This document shows, one piece after another, positions 1 to 7,497 of a stretch of DNA of 22,996 nt; position 1 is the stretch's first letter; the number at the start of each line of letters is the position of its first letter. The DNA comes from a virus (lineage: Duplodnaviria; Heunggongvirae; Uroviricota; Caudoviricetes), in the IMG/VR virus record IMGVR_UViG_2698536401_000001. One strand, written 5' to 3'. The notes beneath the pieces are model-generated. The model worked only from the letters and a program-made list of their open reading frames with translations. It did not search any database and was not told the DNA's origin. The translations under genes and the position numbers were made by a program.

Positions 1-283
1 ATATAGGGGCAAATCCAGCCTGGTTAATTAGTAGCTGTCTTTCTGATTCAGTAATTTCAATAAGCTCTTCATGAGTAGGTGGAGGAATATCTGCCCACGC
101 AGGCAGCCCATCATCTCCGGCAATACGGATTTTTCCTTGTGGCGGTTCAGCCATAAACTCACTGATAATATTTTGATTTACTTCCTTAGCGTCTGATAAA
201 TCCCATCCCTCTGATTTATATTTATCAATCATATCCACAGGAAAAAAAGCATTATGCCTTGCGCTATAAACATATTCGTTCAT
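1..283 (-). CDS. tail fiber assembly protein (partial; ATG at 281-283, 3' end runs off the window edge)
   Basis: Open frame of 94 codons, not in the ORF track because it is truncated. Translation MNEYVYSARHNAFFPVDMIDKYKSEGWDLSDAKEV...DIPPPTHEELIEITESERQLLINQAGFAPI resembles the PPPT-x-EE...LL..A region of Tfa/Mu U-type chaperones as I recall them. It lies immediately downstream of the tail fiber gene. Confidence 0.5.
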   Translation of the reverse strand, partial: MNEYVYSARHNAFFPVDMIDKYKSEGWDLSDAKEVNQNIISEFMAEPPQGKIRIAGDDGLPAWADIPPPTHEELIEITESERQLLINQAGFAPI

Positions 284-303
284 ATAAATCACCCTGAATA
301 AAA

Positions 304-1032
304 TTACTCACCAACAGCCCACCAACTGTAATTCATCGATACCGTGTCGCTGGTTGATGACGTTCTGTAAGCAGAATTAAAGCCGGTTAACGTTGGGCCT
401 TCTGCAGTCATCACGAACCCTCGCCCAGCGCCTAAAGGCGCACCGCCATCACCAGAATGAGTAAGCATGGCGCAGTCCGCTTTTTTGGGGAAAGGGATGC
501 TGAATGTAATTCTCATTGTTTGCGTCGATAATGTCGGCGTAACCGCACCACGACCATATTGCAGGATTTTCCCGTTGGGTAATTTCATCCATCCATCACC
601 ACTGGCAAAAGAGGCCATGTCCGGTATCTGATTTCCCCCTGTCCCCACATCCCGTTTTGCCGCTTCTCCCAAACCAAGGTTTTCGAGAGCCGTTTTCACC
701 GTGCCATCCGATTTGATATCACCAAACGGATTCTTGCGGCTCAGGTATTCAACAGCAAACCCCGATCCCAGCAATTCAACAAAACCGGGCAGATCACCAT
801 TATCAAGCACATCCCGTTGCGTTTTGTCACTTACAAACTGGGCCAGAGCTGCAGCAATAAAGCTGGCCTGCCGAATAACCTTATTGACTTGCGCACTGGA
901 TGCTTTCCCTGCTGTAAATCCGGATAAAAGCGCAGGCAACGCTTCCCATTCCTCCTGCGACATAACATTGGCATTTTTACCCGTTGCGAATGCTTTAAAG
1001 TCATTTTTTGCCATCAGAGTAATACTCCCCAT
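304..1032 (-). CDS. tail fiber protein
   Basis: 242 aa. N-terminus [33 protein letters not shown]... matches the conserved N-terminal domain of enterobacterial side tail fibers as I recall it. It is the last structural gene before the assembly chaperone. Confidence 0.65.
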   Translation of the reverse strand: MGSITLMAKNDFKAFATGKNANVMSQEEWEALPALLSGFTAGKASSAQVNKVIRQASFIAAALAQFVSDKTQRDVLDNGDLPGFVELLGSGFAVEYLSRKNPFGDIKSDGTVKTALENLGLGEAAKRDVGTGGNQIPDMASFASGDGWMKLPNGKILQYGRGAVTPTLSTQTMRITFSIPFPKKADCAMLTHSGDGGAPLGAGRGFVMTAEGPTLTGFNSAYRTSSTSDTVSMNYSWWAVGE

Positions 1033-1694
1033 GCCCCTACATCAAAACCACTGATGAATTCGTTATCCATATCAAAACCAAAAAATTTTGAACCTTCCGA
1101 TGGGGTTTCCACCGAAGGTGTTTCAATGCCACCCGCCCACACCCCGGCGGCTTTTACTGTGAGATATCCCTGTTTAATTGCAGCAATTAACTCACGCGAT
1201 ACATCTGAAATATCAGTATCAGGAAAGACCCAGACCGATATCGTCATGTCCTGGTTATCGACAATCTGCATTCGCAGCCCGGATCCTGCTGTTGCCGCGT
1301 CAAGAATTGCCGGAAGCGAATCATTCCGTCCGTCCCAGTTATTAATCGCAATCTTCGCTTTAAGAATGACACGATAAGTTTCATCGCTGAGATACATGTA
1401 TCCAGAATCAGGATCATATGGCCCCTGCCATACCCCCTGATCATATCCAAGCCCGTCGGTATCCCAGCTGAAATAGACACCTGAGATAGGCTGGCTGACA
1501 ACACGGCTACGTCCGATCCACAATCCCAGAATGTCAAGTTGCACACCAACCGCAGAGTCAATATCAAATGCAGTAATCAGCCCTCTGGTGGCAGCCGCAA
1601 CATCAATAAGCGGCCGGGTCATCAGATCAACATGCGCAAGAAATTTAGGTTTGGTGGCGTGGTAGTTCGTGATTAGTTCGGTGTATTTGCTCAT
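1014..1694 (-). CDS. baseplate wedge/tail protein (P2 gpI / Mu gp48-like position)
   Basis: 226 aa ORF between the baseplate J-like gene and the tail fiber gene, with short overlaps to both neighbours. Call is from position. Confidence 0.45.
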   Translation of the reverse strand: MSKYTELITNYHATKPKFLAHVDLMTRPLIDVAAATRGLITAFDIDSAVGVQLDILGLWIGRSRVVSQPISGVYFSWDTDGLGYDQGVWQGPYDPDSGYMYLSDETYRVILKAKIAINNWDGRNDSLPAILDAATAGSGLRMQIVDNQDMTISVWVFPDTDISDVSRELIAAIKQGYLTVKAAGVWAGGIETPSVETPSEGSKFFGFDMDNEFISGFDVGAWGVLL

Positions 1695-2890
1695 GACTCC
1701 ACCGTTATAACGATATTTTCCGGGGTACAGGACGCAGATTCGTTGTATCTGATATCAATGTTTGATGACGACAAAGCCCCCGGGGATTTCCCAATCGTCA
1801 GTTCCTGAATATCGTAATAGCGTGCATTCCCGCCACTCACCACGCCAAGATTGGCCGGTGAGTAAATGCGACTTAAAAGGACTGAATCACCAATCGTCAG
1901 ACTATTGATATAGTCGGAAATAGCCTGCTGGATCTGCTGCCCTATCTGTGAGGTATAACCCGTAAAAACTTTTAATTTAATCCGGGCATAAACAGGTACA
2001 TCACTGGAACGCGAGAATTTGATTACATGGGGATTGCCGTATTTATCCGGAACCGTAACGGATGTTGTACCGTGAGTGGCTGTCCCCTGACCTTTATTCC
2101 CTCTGATAGCCTGAGCAATATCCGTCACATCACCGCCATCCACAATTACAGCAACAGAGTGTGGTGGTAACCCGTTACCGTCCTCCGAACCAGTATCGTT
2201 TTCATAGAGTTTGTGGCGGGTTACACCGGTAACATTAGAAACAGCACCATCCAGTGCTTCAAATGGGGTTATTGATGGCAATGCAACACTTTGCGACTGG
2301 CGGATACGTAACTCCGCATCAGTTTCTGCCGGAGTGCCCACAGTAGCCGCAGCAGGATTGGTTACCGAAACCCAGCCACGGGTTGGCGTATTAATTTCAG
2401 TGATAGTTCCATCCAGCGCCGCCACTGCACCACTGACAGAACATGTTGCGGTCGCCATCACTGTACCATCCACGCCGACCACCACTGAAGCAGGCAAACG
2501 CCATATCACATTATTACTGTCTTTCACGCTGCCATTAATGATGGTTGTTCCGGCAGTTCCTGTAAGAAGCAAATCAACCGTAGAGTTCGTCGCACCTTTA
2601 CGTGAAATACCATTTATTTTCACGTTGCTGGTCAGTGCAGCCCCATAGCCGGTTGCCGGTGAAAAACAGTTGTAGACAGTTATCGCCATATTATTGGCAT
2701 CATGAATCGCCAGCGCTATCAGAGCCACCATCTGGCCGTCTTTGCTGTCCGGTTCGAGGTAGGCATCACTGCCATAAATCTGCTGAAAATAGCTAATCAG
2801 GGTGCTGAGTATCGTCTGATAATCAGGCGCACTGATCCCCTCTGCGGTTACCTTTGCAGATAAACCAAGAGAATCAAGGTTCAGAGCCAT
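1691..2890 (-). CDS. baseplate J-like protein
   Basis: 399 aa, size and position typical of baseplate J (Mu gp47 / P2 gpJ). ATGA-type overlap with the upstream gene. Confidence 0.55.
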   Translation of the reverse strand: MALNLDSLGLSAKVTAEGISAPDYQTILSTLISYFQQIYGSDAYLEPDSKDGQMVALIALAIHDANNMAITVYNCFSPATGYGAALTSNVKINGISRKGATNSTVDLLLTGTAGTTIINGSVKDSNNVIWRLPASVVVGVDGTVMATATCSVSGAVAALDGTITEINTPTRGWVSVTNPAAATVGTPAETDAELRIRQSQSVALPSITPFEALDGAVSNVTGVTRHKLYENDTGSEDGNGLPPHSVAVIVDGGDVTDIAQAIRGNKGQGTATHGTTSVTVPDKYGNPHVIKFSRSSDVPVYARIKLKVFTGYTSQIGQQIQQAISDYINSLTIGDSVLLSRIYSPANLGVVSGGNARYYDIQELTIGKSPGALSSSNIDIRYNESASCTPENIVITVES

Positions 2891-3243
2891 TACGCCTCCG
2901 ATGTAACAGTCGTTATTCCATAAAGAGTGTCGATTTCAGCGGAAAACATGACACGTCGGGTCGTGGTATCCACCGTCGTATTGAAAGAGAGGATTGATTT
3001 AACGCCCCGCGTTTCGAGGATGCGCTTACGGATCGCCAGGTTGTAGGTTTCCGGCTTCTGCTTACCGAGTACGGACTGGATCCACGGAGTCCCCTCAGTG
3101 GTGTCGAGAAACCATTGCCCATACCACAATTCGAATCGCGTTTTTACCGCCTGCGCCACGGCCTCCGGTGAGTTAATCAGCCAGGTGTCATCACCGCTGC
3201 CAAAGGTGTAATCGCCAACGGCGTCTTCACGTCTGTATCGCAT
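2890..3243 (-). CDS. baseplate assembly protein (gpW/gp25-like)
   Basis: 117 aa ORF between the spike and baseplate J genes, the canonical position of the small gpW/gp25-like wedge protein. Confidence 0.45.
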   Translation of the reverse strand: MRYRREDAVGDYTFGSGDDTWLINSPEAVAQAVKTRFELWYGQWFLDTTEGTPWIQSVLGKQKPETYNLAIRKRILETRGVKSILSFNTTVDTTTRRVMFSAEIDTLYGITTVTSEA

Positions 3244-3998
3244 CAGTTAGGCGCTCCTGTGTTACCGCCGCCGGTCTGTACTCCGCCGTGCGTGTGCGTC
3301 ATCAGGCTCTTACCACCAGCTTTTACATCGTTAGTCACCGTGACAGGGCCAAGCATCGTCGCGGTGCCGCCGCTTTCGCCCATCCCCTGAGAAAGATTCC
3401 CGTTTATTGTCACGTTGCCGTTTAGCGTGATGGTGGGTGATGTGATCGTGGTTCCTCCTTCTGCTGTCGCCGTCAGCGCGCCGGGGGTTTGAACCGTGAT
3501 GTTATGGCCTGCGGCCACTTCCACAAACGCAGCGCCATCATCAGTACGCAGTTGCGCGGCGCTGGTGCTGATTCCGCTGATTTTCTGCGCCTGCGACTGG
3601 GGACCTACAATACAAAACGCATCCGATAAATCATGCATTCTGTCATCAACAGGCTCCTGTATTCCGCCGTTCTGCCACCAGAAATCAATACAACGATCGG
3701 CAAAAATCACCAAACATTCATCACCGGCTTTAACCGGGAACGTTAGCGTGCATCCTCCGCCGCGCGGGAATACCACTGGCACATCCACCAGCAGCGGGTA
3801 ATTTTTGGTAACGCGATTGCCGTCGTTATCCGTTTCAACCGAACGGATAGAAGGCTGCACAACCGCCGTCACAGCGTCAGGATCGAATGACTGGACGATG
3901 CCAGGCAAAGCGACTCGGATCTGGTTCTTTGTTGTTTCCCGTTCAGATTTGAATGTTTCAGCAAGGTCGCCGCTGCGGGTCTGGTCAGATACTGCCAT
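3243..3998 (-). CDS. baseplate central spike protein (gpV / Mu gp45-like)
   Basis: 251 aa with Gly/Thr-rich repetitive C-terminal half (TITSPTITLNGNVTINGN...THTHGGVQTGGG) typical of spike proteins. ATG at 3996-3998 preceded by GGAG. Confidence 0.55.
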   Translation of the reverse strand: MAVSDQTRSGDLAETFKSERETTKNQIRVALPGIVQSFDPDAVTAVVQPSIRSVETDNDGNRVTKNYPLLVDVPVVFPRGGGCTLTFPVKAGDECLVIFADRCIDFWWQNGGIQEPVDDRMHDLSDAFCIVGPQSQAQKISGISTSAAQLRTDDGAAFVEVAAGHNITVQTPGALTATAEGGTTITSPTITLNGNVTINGNLSQGMGESGGTATMLGPVTVTNDVKAGGKSLMTHTHGGVQTGGGNTGAPN

Positions 3999-4010
3999 TT
4001 AGTAGGCTCC

Positions 4011-4043
4011 AGAAAGCAAAAAACCCGCCGGGTGGCGGGTTTA
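4011..4043 (-). terminator. rho-independent terminator closing the inserted cassette
   Basis: Minus-strand transcript reads UAA-ACCCGCC-ACCC-GGCGGGU-UUUUUUGCUUUCU: a 7 bp GC-rich stem (plus 4023-4029 with 4034-4040), 4 nt loop, then a U-run. It overlaps the stop codon of the 4041..4457 gene. Confidence 0.6.
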
Positions 4044-4457
4044 TGAATCGTAGGTTTTCAATTTTTCGAGTTCATCAGGAGGAAGTTCTATGAAGGTTTC
4101 CTCTGCTAATTTTATCAGCCGGGGAAGCATCGAATCAGCTTGCTGATGAGCGTTTGGGCTGATGATTGCCAATATCTGATAGTGTTCATCGATATAAAGA
4201 TGCTGAGCATATACCAAAAAATTATCACATGTCCGTTCACTCAGAGATGCTTCTGGAGGCCAGGGTTTATCGCCAGGTAGCTTTAAGTGAATTTTCCTGA
4301 TGTTGGCAGCCATCGCATCATAGTTACGTTCAAAACCGCCTAACGAACCAAAACACCAGAACTGGGAACCCTTTGAAATATAATCGGCAAGCATTTGAGC
4401 ATACTTATGTGCTGCAGCTAAATGACGCAATTCTCCCGTGATACTGACTTTTGCCAT
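4041..4457 (-). CDS. YafO-family toxin-like protein (putative ribosome-dependent mRNA interferase)
   Basis: 138 aa. Segment IRKIHLKLPGDKPWPPEASLSERTCDNFLVYAQHLYIDEHYQILAIISPNAHQQ...LIKLAEETF aligns by eye to the E. coli YafO core as I remember it (IHL, P-PP, S-RT-D, LVY-Q, DE, LAI, P-H, AE-F). ATG lies 1 nt after the upstream gene's stop. AT-rich relative to flanking genes. Confidence 0.55.
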   Translation of the reverse strand: MAKVSITGELRHLAAAHKYAQMLADYISKGSQFWCFGSLGGFERNYDAMAANIRKIHLKLPGDKPWPPEASLSERTCDNFLVYAQHLYIDEHYQILAIISPNAHQQADSMLPRLIKLAEETFIELPPDELEKLKTYDS

Positions 4458-4458
4458 G

Positions 4459-5031
4459 TCACATCCATTTAGGGGCGTCGGCTCCCAGCATCTTATGCGA
4501 TGTTGAGATCAGTTCAATCGCCTCTTCACGGGTAACATTATCTGACAAGAGTTCAGCCTGGAAAGGCTGCGATTGCCTAACTTCAGCGGCCAACTGAGTT
4601 GCAGTGTTCTCGACGGCGGTCAACGCACGAACATATTTGCGTTTTAATGGGCGCAACATTTGCAGATGGCCTTGCCACATAGGGGACCTTTCCGCTTCAG
4701 AGAACATATCCACTAAATGTCCTTTAGCATTTCGGCATGCCTTGGCAAGACCTTCGAGATGGGATAAAAACCCTTCCGGAAGCTCATCAACAATGATTCT
4801 TCCATTTCGAAAAGCTTCGAGATGAGACATGCCTTCCTTCGCGGTATTTTCGATTTCTTGAGCGCGTGCAGCAATCGCGGTACAACGACGAAATGCCTCT
4901 TCAGCATCTAATCGTTGTGGCAGTTCACAAGCATTAGAGATCAGGGGTTTGAAAGCACCGTTAACAGCTTCCTGAACCTGATTCATTTGTTGTGTAATTG
5001 TTGCCAGCGCAAATGCGTAGCTAATCGCCAT
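4459..5031 (-). CDS. hypothetical protein, upstream partner of the YafO-like gene (candidate antitoxin/regulator)
   Basis: The track ORF begins at a TTG (5037). The first in-frame ATG is 5029-5031, preceded by AGAGGGA 7 nt upstream, giving about 190 aa. Stop TGA is separated by 1 nt from the downstream ATG. No family recognised from the sequence. Confidence 0.5.
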   Translation of the reverse strand: MAISYAFALATITQQMNQVQEAVNGAFKPLISNACELPQRLDAEEAFRRCTAIAARAQEIENTAKEGMSHLEAFRNGRIIVDELPEGFLSHLEGLAKACRNAKGHLVDMFSEAERSPMWQGHLQMLRPLKRKYVRALTAVENTATQLAAEVRQSQPFQAELLSDNVTREEAIELISTSHKMLGADAPKWM

Positions 5032-5037
5032 ACCCAA

Positions 5038-5199
5038 TCCCTCTGTCGTTTTAAACGACTATACACCACTTATTCAAAGTTAGCTGAGCGCTAAAAGTTC
5101 GCAAAGTTTAGTGATCATGCAACCACCTAGCAAGCGATAAAAAATCATTATTTAGTGAATGTGAACAAACTCAACACTATGCAGAAATGTAACTTTTGG
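5038..5199 (-). promoter_or_regulatory. AT-rich intergenic region, putative promoter for the two-gene cassette
   Basis: 162 bp non-coding AT-rich spacer inside an otherwise tightly packed operon, directly upstream of the cassette. Contains a TATAGT -10-like hexamer and TTGCTA/TTGCAT -35-like hexamers on the minus strand. Exact promoter not resolved. Confidence 0.3.
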
Positions 5200-5541
5200 T
5201 TAACCAGAAACCTTTTTACACGGGAAAGAGCCGATGATTTTCGGCGCATCCATGCTGTTCTGCAGCAGTTGGACGTTCAGGAAGCGCGTTTCGGTACCCG
5301 GACGACGAATGTATTCAAAGCCGTAGTTGTTGCCGTCTTTGGCAGGCATTAGCCCCATATCAATCTTAATGCCATCAGCACCAAGATTTGTAATTTTCTG
5401 AGATGTGACGCGTTCACCGTTAATCATGTCCATTTCCCCCAACCTTGCAGTGATGGTGTAAGGTCCACAATAAGCGGTGTAACCGCTTGCAGATGCCCCA
5501 AATGACATAAAGGCAACAATTAAAATGGCTAAGGCTTTCAC
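5200..5541 (-). CDS. small Sec-exported protein with N-terminal signal peptide (moron candidate)
   Basis: 113 aa. N-terminus MKALAILIVAFMSFGASA|SGY is a classic signal peptide with an A-S-A cleavage site. Two Cys in the mature part. The start is a GTG preceded by GGGGGT, 2 nt after the hub gene stop. Confidence 0.5.
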   Translation of the reverse strand: MKALAILIVAFMSFGASASGYTAYCGPYTITARLGEMDMINGERVTSQKITNLGADGIKIDMGLMPAKDGNNYGFEYIRRPGTETRFLNVQLLQNSMDAPKIIGSFPCKKVSG

Positions 5542-5543
5542 AT

Positions 5544-6605
5544 TTACCCCCGGTTAAGCGAGTCCTGAGTGCGGAGATCCGCCGCGCCACGCGCTTCGCA
5601 CATCATATCCATGTACCACGCCAGGCCCCTTGTATCGCCAGTGTACATAATCCCGCGCACAATATAAACGCCATCCGTTGCGATGCTGGCAGGCTGCGAT
5701 GTGGTGCCGCTTAGCGTGATATTTCCATCCGTGTTCTGGTCGGTGATCTGACCACCAGCCATCGCAATATCGTTGTTCGACAAGGCGGTACGATACACGG
5801 AAGCCTGATCCAGCTGAATGAGTCCGTTAACCCGGATGTTCGGATTAATAAGCGCGCGGACGTTTACGCCGTTACCGATAGTCTGCTGCGGCATGCCAAT
5901 AAGCCCGGTAGCGCTGTTGAGCACAATCGCTTCATGAACATATTCGTTATTCTCCACCATCTGGCGTTGACCGTCCACGAATTGCCATGTTGCGCCACAT
6001 TGACCGGCTACGTTATCCATAAGATGCCGCGTCATGCCAAAGAGTACCCGCCCCCGGGGGAATACAGTAGCAGGCATTTCAGGCGTCAGGCCTTCGGTCG
6101 CGCCTTTGGCTTCGAAGTCTTTCATCAGCGCACGGTTCACATCAGCGACCGTGTAACCGGCAGCCAGCGTCTGTGAGGTTATACTGGTGGCAAAAGCCAG
6201 ATCAGTATCTGCTGCCTGAATCAGGACGTAGGTATCAACCGGACTGTCTTTTCCTGTGACCGAGTAGCGAATTTCACCGCTGAAAATCAGTCCGTAGTTG
6301 CGGCCATCTCTCTGGCCCACGTCCGCCGCGTCAACTTCCCGCACGGTCCCTACGTCGCTTGCTGACACCTCTGGCGCGACACCGTCGTAACCGGCAATCA
6401 GACGCACTTTCGAAAATTCCTGCCCGGTGATTCGGTTCACAGTATCTGCCGAGAGGTTATAAATTTTGATAGTCCCTACCCGGGACGCGCTGCTGATGTT
6501 GAACCAGTCGATCGTAAAGGTGACTTTGAAATCACTTAGCTCAATTCCCTGACCGTTCCCGTCCACAAGCTGCAGCTCGAAATGTCTCATCCAGTTCTGT
6601 GACAT
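5544..6605 (-). CDS. baseplate hub protein (P2 gpD / Mu P-like)
   Basis: 353 aa ORF at the hub position, downstream of the tape measure and two small tail genes. Call is from size and synteny. Confidence 0.45.
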   Translation of the reverse strand: MSQNWMRHFELQLVDGNGQGIELSDFKVTFTIDWFNISSASRVGTIKIYNLSADTVNRITGQEFSKVRLIAGYDGVAPEVSASDVGTVREVDAADVGQRDGRNYGLIFSGEIRYSVTGKDSPVDTYVLIQAADTDLAFATSITSQTLAAGYTVADVNRALMKDFEAKGATEGLTPEMPATVFPRGRVLFGMTRHLMDNVAGQCGATWQFVDGQRQMVENNEYVHEAIVLNSATGLIGMPQQTIGNGVNVRALINPNIRVNGLIQLDQASVYRTALSNNDIAMAGGQITDQNTDGNITLSGTTSQPASIATDGVYIVRGIMYTGDTRGLAWYMDMMCEARGAADLRTQDSLNRG

Positions 6606-6607
6606 GC

Positions 6608-6910
6608 TTACTCCGTTGATACCAGTAAATGACTGAGGCCGCCCAGATCAGTTTTCGTGGGATAATCCTGTGTGTTGTCATCGCAGACCACCACCAGCTT
6701 AAAACCAAGTCCCATACAGGCGTACTGCGCCAGCAGATCAGCGCCAGTGACGAGAGGAATACCGGAGATTACCGGCTCCCCTCTGTCGTTCTGCAGGTCC
6801 ATAATCCAGTAAGGATCGCGCCATATGATGCTAATCTGCCAAGTGACACCACCCAAGACGATGCTGAACTGCTGGTTGTCCGCTGTCAGCGGAATTTCCT
6901 GAATTGTCAT
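6608..6910 (-). CDS. tail/baseplate assembly protein
   Basis: 100 aa ORF tightly packed between tail genes. Call is from position only. Confidence 0.35.
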   Translation of the reverse strand: MTIQEIPLTADNQQFSIVLGGVTWQISIIWRDPYWIMDLQNDRGEPVISGIPLVTGADLLAQYACMGLGFKLVVVCDDNTQDYPTKTDLGGLSHLLVSTE

Positions 6911-7497
6911 TAGCCGCCTCCCAGTAATGACGCCACGTTACCCGTGATGCTTTTCAGCAGTGAAGTATCTGGAGGCTTTGTGGTTTTGTTGCCGCTATTC
7001 TGTACCGCCGACGTGCTGGCCCCTTCCTTCATGTTGGTTTTATCCGCGACGGTAATCTGCTGCGTCCGGGAGATAAGGACCTCCCTCAGGGTGAGGACGG
7101 CGGACAGGACGTTTTCGGTTGTCTTGTCCGTCGTCACTTCCAGCGCCCGGATCAACATGTTGCTGTACAGTCGTTTACCGGTTACCACATCGAAGGGGAT
7201 ACGGCTTTCCTGCAGATCCAGTAGCTCCTGATACGTCTGCTGAGGACTCAGGCCGAGCAGGCTGGTAGCCGTCAGATTACTGGCAAAAGCCAGCAATGCG
7301 CCGCCACCGGCGAAACCAACCTCCATCACCACTTCTGACGGTTTTTTATAGGCATGATCAGCGACAGCGGCCCCGACCTCTACCGGATGCTCTGTTATTT
7401 CAAGCATATCTGTATGCTTCTCTGAAATAACAACACTGGGAACAATCATTCCTATTTTTCTGCTCTGCTGATGAAAAAGTGTAGAGAGAATATCCAC
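6910..7497 (-). CDS. tail protein (post-tape-measure, distal tail/baseplate)
   Basis: 195 aa ORF immediately downstream of the tape measure gene, abutting it without a gap. Call is from position only. Confidence 0.35.
   Translation of the reverse strand: MDILSTLFHQQSRKIGMIVPSVVISEKHTDMLEITEHPVEVGAAVADHAYKKPSEVVMEVGFAGGGALLAFASNLTATSLLGLSPQQTYQELLDLQESRIPFDVVTGKRLYSNMLIRALEVTTDKTTENVLSAVLTLREVLISRTQQITVADKTNMKEGASTSAVQNSGNKTTKPPDTSLLKSITGNVASLLGGG

Noticed and set aside
2211-2796. Plus-strand ORFs of 145 and 64 aa
   Set aside because: Antisense to the baseplate J-like gene, with Ala/Val/Thr-rich composition typical of shadow frames.
5155-5352. 65 aa plus-strand ORF
   Set aside because: Spans the putative promoter spacer and the 3' end of the exported-protein gene on the other strand, with no ribosome-binding site.
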